From: Rhodobiaceae bacterium
Lineage (GTDB): Bacteria; Pseudomonadota; Alphaproteobacteria; Rhizobiales; Aestuariivirgaceae
Reading direction: 5' to 3'
NCBI GenBank assembly: GCA_031375195.1
Contig: JANMHO010000082.1
Location: 1-33,824, forward strand
DNA length: 33,824 bases
Shown: positions 29,189 to 33,824 of the stretch, piece by piece
Numbering within the stretch: the stretch's first letter is position 1
Layout of the letters: each line of letters begins with the position of its first letter
The notes under the pieces: generated by a model
Database searches by the model: none
Told to the model about the DNA's origin: nothing
The model's input: only the letters and a program-made list of their open reading frames with translations
Program-made: the position numbers and the translations under genes

Positions 29189-30292
29189 TCACGCCAAGTT
29201 TACCTGTTGCTGGGCCGACCTCGCGGCCTTTCCGGCGAGTTCAAATTCCAGCAGAATGCCCAGAACCAGGGCCGCCGGGAGTTTGCTCTCGCGAATGATG
29301 TCGTCAATGTCTGTTGGGGAGGGAGATAGCAGAGTGAGGACGGTGAGGCGGTCATTGGGGCTGGAGTCTGGTGCCTCTTCTTCGGGTAATCCGGGCTCGG
29401 AAAATGATTTGGGAACCATGACGTAATGGGTTTGAAGGCTTTGGATGACGTCAGCTGCCTTTGTGAGAAGCGTTGCGCCTTCGCGGATCAGTTTGTTGGC
29501 GCCTTCTGCGCGGGGGTCAAGTGGGGAACCGGGAACGGCGAAGACTTCACGGCCTTGTTCGCCCGCGAGCCGGGCGGTGATGAGCGAACCGGATCTCATG
29601 GCTGCTTCGACAACGATGATGGCCCGCGACATGCCTGATATGATGCGGTTTCGCCTTGGAAAATGTTCGGCGCGCGGCACGGCGCCGGGGAGCATTTCGG
29701 TGATCAGCAGCCCATTCCTGCTGATCAGCTCCTGCAAGCCAGCGTTTTCAGGCGGATAAGTATTGTCGATACCGCCCGCAATGATTGCTGCCGTGCGGCC
29801 ATTGGGTGCTGCTTCATGGGCAGCGGTGTCTATGCCGCGCGCCAGGCCCGAGGTTATGAGGTATCCTTCCTCGCTCAATTCCGCCGCCAATTGCCGGGCA
29901 AATCTCCGGCCTCCGGCAGAAGCGTTGCGGGCTCCCACAATGGCAACGGATTCCATATCAGCAAGGGCCAGGTCACCCATCACACAGAGGAGCGGGGGAG
30001 CTCCATTGATATGGTGGAGCAGGGGCGGATAACCGGTTTCGCCGGCTGCCACGAAAACCGCTCCCAACTCATGCGCGCGCTCCAGGTCAGCTTCCGCCGC
30101 TTCGACTGGATAGATTCGCAGGGGACGCTTGAGGCCGCCCTTTGTGGAGAGTTCCGGCAGCATCTCCAGCGCCGCTGCGGCGCTGCCATATCGGCCAATC
30201 AATTGCCGGAAAGTCGCGGGGCCAACATTCTCGGTTTGGCTTAGCCTGAGCCAGTCACGCCGCTGCTTGGCATCGAGCAATTGCTTGATCAC
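29189..30292 (-). CDS. dprA: DNA-processing protein DprA
   Basis: VAIVGARNAS, SGLARGIDTAAH, FPRRNRIISG, VVEAA.RSGSLITA, FAVPGSPLDPR; GTG start overlaps plsY stop. Confidence 0.95.
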   Translation of the reverse strand: MIKQLLDAKQRRDWLRLSQTENVGPATFRQLIGRYGSAAAALEMLPELSTKGGLKRPLRIYPVEAAEADLERAHELGAVFVAAGETGYPPLLHHINGAPPLLCVMGDLALADMESVAIVGARNASAGGRRFARQLAAELSEEGYLITSGLARGIDTAAHEAAPNGRTAAIIAGGIDNTYPPENAGLQELISRNGLLITEMLPGAVPRAEHFPRRNRIISGMSRAIIVVEAAMRSGSLITARLAGEQGREVFAVPGSPLDPRAEGANKLIREGATLLTKAADVIQSLQTHYVMVPKSFSEPGLPEEEAPDSSPNDRLTVLTLLSPSPTDIDDIIRESKLPAALVLGILLEFELAGKAARSAQQQVNLA

Positions 30293-30879
30293 GTCTTCGT
30301 GCCGAGATCGATTTTCGGTTCCTGTCCTTTCAGAAGGCGGATGATGTTGGGGCGGTGCATGATCCAAATTGTCGCGCCAATCAGCACTGCCGGAATTGCA
30401 AGTTCGCGCCCGCCGAGCATAAATGCAAACACTGGTGAAAGCGCGGATGCGATCAGGGCGGATAGAGATGAGATGCGGAAGAGGAACGCGACTATGAGCC
30501 ACACCGCAATGAACAGGAGTCCGAGTTGCCAATGTAGCGCTGTGAGCACGCCAATGCTGGTTGCCACACCTTTGCCACCCCTGAATTTCAGCCACACCGG
30601 AAATATATGACCAGCGAGGGCGGCAAGCCCGGCAATGATCGCCACTTGCTCGTTGCCAAAATACCCGAGCAGCAATACGGGGATTGCGCCCTTCATGCCG
30701 TCGCACAGCAGCGTTAGCGCAGCAATTTTCTTGTTGCCGGTGCGTAAAACATTGGTGGCGCCAATGTTGCCGGAGCCAATTTTGCGGACATCACCGAGGC
30801 CCGCCGCCTTTGCAAGAACGAGCCCGAAGGGAATGCTTCCGCACAAATAGCCAATAATGAGCGCTGCAAGTTCCAACAT
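30289..30879 (-). CDS. plsY: Glycerol-3-phosphate 1-O-acyltransferase PlsY
   Basis: GSIPFG, GSGNIGATNVLR, GHIFPVWLKFRGGKGVAT, H..NI.RL..G.E. Confidence 0.96.
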   Translation of the reverse strand: MLELAALIIGYLCGSIPFGLVLAKAAGLGDVRKIGSGNIGATNVLRTGNKKIAALTLLCDGMKGAIPVLLLGYFGNEQVAIIAGLAALAGHIFPVWLKFRGGKGVATSIGVLTALHWQLGLLFIAVWLIVAFLFRISSLSALIASALSPVFAFMLGGRELAIPAVLIGATIWIMHRPNIIRLLKGQEPKIDLGTKT

Positions 30880-30882
30880 GAT

Positions 30883-32199
30883 TCAGCGAGCGTATGCGTA
30901 AACCGTGCGGCCTGCAATGACAGTTTCGACGACGCGGCCTTCCAGCGTGCAATCCTCAAGGGGGGAGTTTTTGGAACGGGAGCGCAATTGCGACTCTTTC
31001 ACCGTCCAATTCAGATTGGTATCAACGAGCGCGAAGTCGGCCGGCGCTCCCGGCGCCAGACGGCCGGTTTCCAATCCCAAGATTTTTGCAGGGTTGGAGG
31101 CCATGGCTTCAATCAGCCGTCCCAGCGGCATGTCTTCATTATGAAAAAGGCCAAGGGCTGCCGACAGCAGGGTTTCCAGACCAATCGCCCCGAAGGCCGC
31201 CTCTGCAAAGGGCAGGCGCTTGGTGTCGGCACTTTGCGGATTATGGGATGAGACGATCACATCGATGGTTCCATCCCTCACACCTTCGACAAGTGCGCGA
31301 CGGTCTGCTTCTGAACGGAGTGGCGGGGATAGTTTGAAGAAGGTGCGATAGGCGCCGATGTCATTTTCATTCAGGGTCAGGTGATGGATGGAAACGCCAC
31401 AGGTGACGGGCAACCCCCTGGCCTTGGCAGCGCGAATGGCATCGAGGGAGCCGGCGCAGGAAATTTGCGAGGCGTGGTAGCGCGCGCCCGTCATTTCGAC
31501 GAGACGGATATCGCGCTCCAGCATGATGACTTCCGACATGGTGGGATTTCCGGCCAGCCCCAGCCGGGAAGCTGACTCGGACGCATTCATCACGCCTTTG
31601 GAAAGGCTGGGTTCTTCCACGTGCTGCACCACCAGCATGTTGAAATCCTTGGCGTAGGTGAGAGCCCGGCGGAACAGGTTGGCGTTTGCAACGGCGTGGG
31701 TCCCGTCGGTCACCGCGACGGCGCCTGCCTCTTTCAGGCTGCCGATCTCGCTCATGAGTTCGCCGGCAAGTCCCTTGGTGATGGCGGCCATGGGGGCCAC
31801 ACGCACGATTGCCGTGTCTCTGGCGCGGCGTAAAATGAAATCCACTATCGCCGCATCATCAATCACGGGCTGCGTGTTGGGCATCACGATCATGGTGGTG
31901 ACACCACCTGCTGCGGCTGCCCCGGAAGCTGTGGCCAAAGTCTCACGATATTCGGTGCCGGGTTCGCCTGTGAAAACGCGCATGTCGATGAGGCCTGGAA
32001 TGAGTGTCATTCCACCGCAATCAAAAATGCTCGTGCCAAGGCTTTGAGCTTCTTTGGTTACGGCGGGGCCGACCGCCAGTATCCAGCCATCTTCAATCAG
32101 AATGCCGCCCTGCCCATTCAAGCCCTGCGCCGGTGCTACAATTTGCGCGTTTACATAGGCCTTGCGCTGGGAGGCATTATTGAAGCCTGGAGAAATCAT
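30883..32199 (-). CDS. pyrC: Dihydroorotase-like protein (probably inactive PyrC')
   Basis: [22 protein letters not shown]...[15 protein letters not shown]; ATGA overlap with pyrB. Confidence 0.9.
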   Translation of the reverse strand: MISPGFNNASQRKAYVNAQIVAPAQGLNGQGGILIEDGWILAVGPAVTKEAQSLGTSIFDCGGMTLIPGLIDMRVFTGEPGTEYRETLATASGAAAAGGVTTMIVMPNTQPVIDDAAIVDFILRRARDTAIVRVAPMAAITKGLAGELMSEIGSLKEAGAVAVTDGTHAVANANLFRRALTYAKDFNMLVVQHVEEPSLSKGVMNASESASRLGLAGNPTMSEVIMLERDIRLVEMTGARYHASQISCAGSLDAIRAAKARGLPVTCGVSIHHLTLNENDIGAYRTFFKLSPPLRSEADRRALVEGVRDGTIDVIVSSHNPQSADTKRLPFAEAAFGAIGLETLLSAALGLFHNEDMPLGRLIEAMASNPAKILGLETGRLAPGAPADFALVDTNLNWTVKESQLRSRSKNSPLEDCTLEGRVVETVIAGRTVYAYAR

Positions 32200-33158
32200 A
32201 GGGGCATTCCTCCCTGCCAATTTCGCGACAGCGCATCAAGCACCGCCATGCGCACGGCCACGCCCATTTCAACCTGTTCGCGGATGACCGATTGCGCGCC
32301 ATCTGCCACGTTGGAATCGATCTCGACGCCACGGTTCATGGGGCCGGGATGCATCACAAGAGCGTCTGGTTTGGCGTGGCGCAGTTTTTCATCGTCCAAT
32401 CCGAAGAAGCGATAGTATTCCCGCTGCGAGGGAACGAAGGCGCCGCTCATGCGCTCGAGTTGCAGCCTCAGCATCATGACAACGTCGGCGCCAGCGAGGC
32501 CCTCGTGCATGGTGCGGAAAACCTCCACGCCGAAATTGGCAATGCCTGTTGGAAGCAGGGTCGAGGGAGCCACGACCCTGACCCTGGCGCCCAGCTTGTT
32601 GAGCAGGTGAATGTTGGAGCGCGCCACGCGGCTGTGCATGACGTCGCCACAGATCGCTATTGTCAGGCCTTCTATGGCGCCTTTGCGGCGGCGTATGGTG
32701 AGGGCGTCAAGCAGGGCTTGGGTGGGGTGCTCATGCTGTCCGTCGCCCGCGTTGATCACGGCGCAGGAAACTTTTTGCGCCAGCAGCTCGACAGCGCCTG
32801 AGGACTGATGCCGCACCACCAGGAAATTCGGACGCATGGCGTTGATCGTCATTGCCGTATCAAGAACGGTTTCACCCTTCGACATGGCGGATGTTGAAAC
32901 CGCCATGTTCATGACATCGGCGCCCAGGCGCTTTCCGGCAATTTCGAAGGAGCCCTGGGTGCGGGTGGAAGTTTCAAAGAAGAGGTTAACCTGCGTCTGC
33001 CCCTCCAGCATGGAATTTCTACTGCCTGGCGTGACTGTCTCAACCACATAGGTTTCCGCCAAATCCAAGAGGGCATTTATTTCAGGGGAGGAAATATCAT
33101 CAATGGCCAGGAGGTGCGGGCTGGCAAGAAGCTTTGGGCGCTGGGATGCTATGGTCAT
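32196..33158 (-). CDS. pyrB: Aspartate carbamoyltransferase catalytic subunit
   Basis: [45 protein letters not shown]. Confidence 0.97.
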   Translation of the reverse strand: MTIASQRPKLLASPHLLAIDDISSPEINALLDLAETYVVETVTPGSRNSMLEGQTQVNLFFETSTRTQGSFEIAGKRLGADVMNMAVSTSAMSKGETVLDTAMTINAMRPNFLVVRHQSSGAVELLAQKVSCAVINAGDGQHEHPTQALLDALTIRRRKGAIEGLTIAICGDVMHSRVARSNIHLLNKLGARVRVVAPSTLLPTGIANFGVEVFRTMHEGLAGADVVMMLRLQLERMSGAFVPSQREYYRFFGLDDEKLRHAKPDALVMHPGPMNRGVEIDSNVADGAQSVIREQVEMGVAVRMAVLDALSRNWQGGMPL

Positions 33159-33456
33159 TAAAAGTGGGTGTTTAGGGAGGTTTTTGACCTGCCGCAAGCA
33201 CTGATCGAAAGCTTGTGGAGAAGTTGCGGCGGCATGCTTAATGGACGAGGGGCCTGTTGCGGATTCACGTGTCAATGAGCGCTGGCCACAGCTACGCCCG
33301 GCATGGAAAACAGTTTTCCCGCTGAAATGATGTCTACTGCCAGATCATGGCGGCGCCCTTGGGTGTTGGGGAGGAGAAGAAGGTGGAGGGGAAGTTCCCG
33401 TCCTGGCTTCAAGCCGTCCTATGCATAGGTGGTGGTGTGTTTGGGTGGTGTGGCTT

Positions 33457-33760
33457 AAAGCCTGACATCCGCCCACGCCCGGAAAGCTGTCAGGCTTTCC
33501 GGAAAAGCGTTGGCGAAACTTAAGAAACGCAGCGATTTTGTATTCGGGTTCGTTCTTGCAGAGCCCCAGATCGCACGGTGTCTGATGTTTGCCGCTGAGG
33601 TTGTTTAGCCATCGAAGGCGCTCGGATCGTAGTATCCGAGGGTCTTGCCCGAAGCTCCCGGAGGTGAAGGGCGCGTTAGTTCCCAACTCCTGCAAGCGCT
33701 GCCCATGGAACCGGCAATTTCGAGACGCTGTCGACACTGTCCCCTCCTTTCCGGAACCAT
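33457..33760 (-). ncRNA. Candidate large structured non-coding RNA of unknown family; ends approximate
   Basis: Five nested long-range helices closing a multibranch core, plus a 3' 11-bp perfect hairpin; G-U pairs favour the minus strand; promoter directly upstream. Confidence 0.62.
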
Positions 33761-33769
33761 CAGGAATAT

Positions 33770-33798
33770 ATGTAATCCTATGTTAGGAACGTGTCAAG
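33770..33798 (-). promoter_or_regulatory. sigma70-type promoter with an inverted repeat in the spacer
   Basis: Minus strand CTTGAC(33798-33793)-N17-TTACAT(33775-33770); TCCTA-N3-TAGGA at 33776-33788. Confidence 0.6.
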
Positions 33799-33824
33799 GG
33801 GGTGTAGGAAAATAAACTTTCATC

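Noticed and set aside
30293-30706. N-terminal extension of dprA in the ORF track
   Set aside because: Lies within plsY in another frame; GTG 30292 overlapping the plsY stop is the likely start
33405-33720. Group II intron remnant (GCGGCAAAC, ACGAAC and GGTGGTGTG words resemble intron motifs)
   Set aside because: No proper domain V hairpin with bulge, no 5' GUGYG at the boundary, no RT ORF, and the words lie on different strands
33497-33756. MITE bounded by TTCCGGAA inverted repeats
   Set aside because: No target-site duplication seen; nested helices, G-U strand bias and an adjacent promoter fit an RNA better; copy number cannot be checked here
1-33824. CRISPR arrays, tRNA/rRNA, transposases, prophage or defence genes
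   Set aside because: No regularly spaced repeats, cloverleaf or rRNA signatures, or matching protein motifs were seen

Overview
Core chromosomal region of an alphaproteobacterium (Hyphomicrobiales/Rhizobiales-like gene content and order). Left part: 3' end of clpA, a HIT-GNAT(FemAB-like)-GDPD-RidA-2-hydroxyacid dehydrogenase operon, eipB-VWA-DnaJ(Pam18-like), a D,D-carboxypeptidase, a phasin with PhaR-type boxes, xth, erpA, and dgt-argS-SPOR(ftsN-like)-nagZ-scpA-scpB. Right part (mostly minus strand): pyrB-pyrC'-plsY-dprA, a ~4.6 kb accessory block (small cationic secreted protein, GST, MFS, long CDF transporter, orphan HutD, small hypothetical), then topA-rnr-DUF983-NUDIX-rpmG (rpmG is absent from the ORF track). 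No transposase, integrase, CRISPR array, tRNA or rRNA was seen. The two best non-protein signals are (i) a ~300-nt extensively base-paired candidate RNA at 33457-33760 (minus strand, own sigma70-like promoter with an operator-like repeat, upstream of pyrB) that I cannot assign to a known family, and (ii) a three-hairpin candidate sRNA beside rpmG, preceded by a CtrA-like box and resembling EcpR1 in position and loop motif. All structures were read by eye; no folding program or database search was run.
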